Positions 63,216 through 64,000 of a stretch of 64,000 bases of DNA are shown piece after piece. The DNA lies in the NCBI GenBank assembly GCA_008671135.1, contig RQAP01000047.1, forward strand, positions 35,768 through 99,767. Direction: 5' to 3'. The notes beneath the pieces are model-generated. The model was not told where the DNA came from. It did not search any database and saw nothing but the letters and a program-made list of their open reading frames with translations. Made by a program: the position numbers and the translations under genes. Source of the stretch: Collinsella aerofaciens. Lineage in GTDB: Bacteria > Actinomycetota > Coriobacteriia > Coriobacteriales > Coriobacteriaceae. The first letter of the stretch is position 1; each line of letters starts with the position of its first letter.

Positions 63216-64000
63216 ATGGGCGTCACGCCGCCTCCCTGGACGGGTCCGGCGGTGGGCCTCATGGACCTCGATGCGTTTTTTGCGAGCGTGGAGATGCTCG
63301 ACCATCCCGAATGGCGCGGAAAACCGCTCATCGTGGGCGGAGACGCCGATTCGCGTGGCGTCGTGTCCACCTGTTCGTATGAGGCGCGTCGCTTTGGCGT
63401 GCACTCTGCCATGGCCTCGGCCGAGGCACAGCGCTTGTGCCCGCAAGCCATTTGGACACACGGGCACTTTGACCGATACCGCGAGGTGAGCGCGCAGGTC
63501 ATGGCGATTCTCGCCGACGAGACCCCGCGTGTTGAGCGCGTATCCATCGACGAAGCCTTTATCGATATCACACCGGGTCGCTTTGCGCCCGAAGACCCGC
63601 TGCTGGTTGCGCGGCGTATAAGCGACCGCGTGGCAGGGCTGGGAGTGACCTGTTCCATTGGCGTGGGCTGCAACAAGACGGTCGCAAAGATCGCAAGCGA
63701 ACGGGATAAGCCGTTTGGGCTGACCATCGTGCGCCCCGGAACCGAGCAGCGCTTTTTGGCCGCGCTGCCGGTATCTGCCATGAGCGGCATCGGGCGCTCG
63801 GCCGAGGAGCGACTGCGCCGCATGCGCATCTACACCCTCGGCGAGCTATCACGTGCACCGGAATCCACCTTGGCCTCTATTTTTGGCGTCAACGGCGAAC
63901 GCATGCGCCAGCGTGCGCTGGGACTCGAAATCTCCGAAGTCACGAGCCTCGATGAAGAGCGCGAGGTCAAGTCGGTCAGCAATGAACGCACCTTTGCTAA
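63216..64000 (+). CDS. dinB: DNA polymerase IV (DinB), truncated by window edge
   Basis: Manual translation: MDLDAFFASVE, GVVSTCSYEAR.FGV.SAM, SIDEAF, AKIAS..DKP.G; start 63216 or 63177. Confidence 0.95.
   Translation, partial: MGVTPPPWTGPAVGLMDLDAFFASVEMLDHPEWRGKPLIVGGDADSRGVVSTCSYEARRFGVHSAMASAEAQRLCPQAIWTHGHFDRYREVSAQVMAILADETPRVERVSIDEAFIDITPGRFAPEDPLLVARRISDRVAGLGVTCSIGVGCNKTVAKIASERDKPFGLTIVRPGTEQRFLAALPVSAMSGIGRSAEERLRRMRIYTLGELSRAPESTLASIFGVNGERMRQRALGLEISEVTSLDEEREVKSVSNERTFA

Overview
High-GC window of core chromosome, most likely from a Collinsella-like Coriobacteriia gut bacterium. This is inferred from the mix of actinobacterial mIHF with Firmicutes-type glyQ/glyS, trmFO, pyrK-pyrD and ppdK-PDRP. 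Nearly all genes are on the minus strand: ftsK(partial)-rnj-pnp-rpsO; the lepA-dus-hemW-dnaJ2-dnaJ-mtaB-phoH-ybeY-dgkA-era-recO run; comEA-comEC-holA-rpsT; mihF-gmk-rpoZ-thiI; the pyrR-B-C-K-D-F operon; rpsB-tsf-pyrH-frr-uppS-cdsA-dxr-rseP-ispG-proS; rplS-rnhB; yraN-comM-dprA-trmFO-xerC; glyQ-glyS-PDRP-ppdK; rpsP-khpA-rimM-trmD-lepB. The plus strand carries rpmB, adhE with an APH-family kinase, and a partial dinB. Best non-obvious signals: (1) a 20-bp motif (18/20 identical) about 71-75 nt upstream of both natural-transformation operons, suggesting an undescribed competence regulon; (2) two inverted ~145-nt structured elements between rnj and pnp with a conserved core and compensatory stem changes; (3) a RAYT/HUH transposase enclosed by 50-bp inverted repeats; (4) odd protein architectures (RseP with a wHTH-like insert, membrane-tailed DnaJ) and a probable non-canonical start for xerC. 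All calls come from reading the sequence; no database searches were run.
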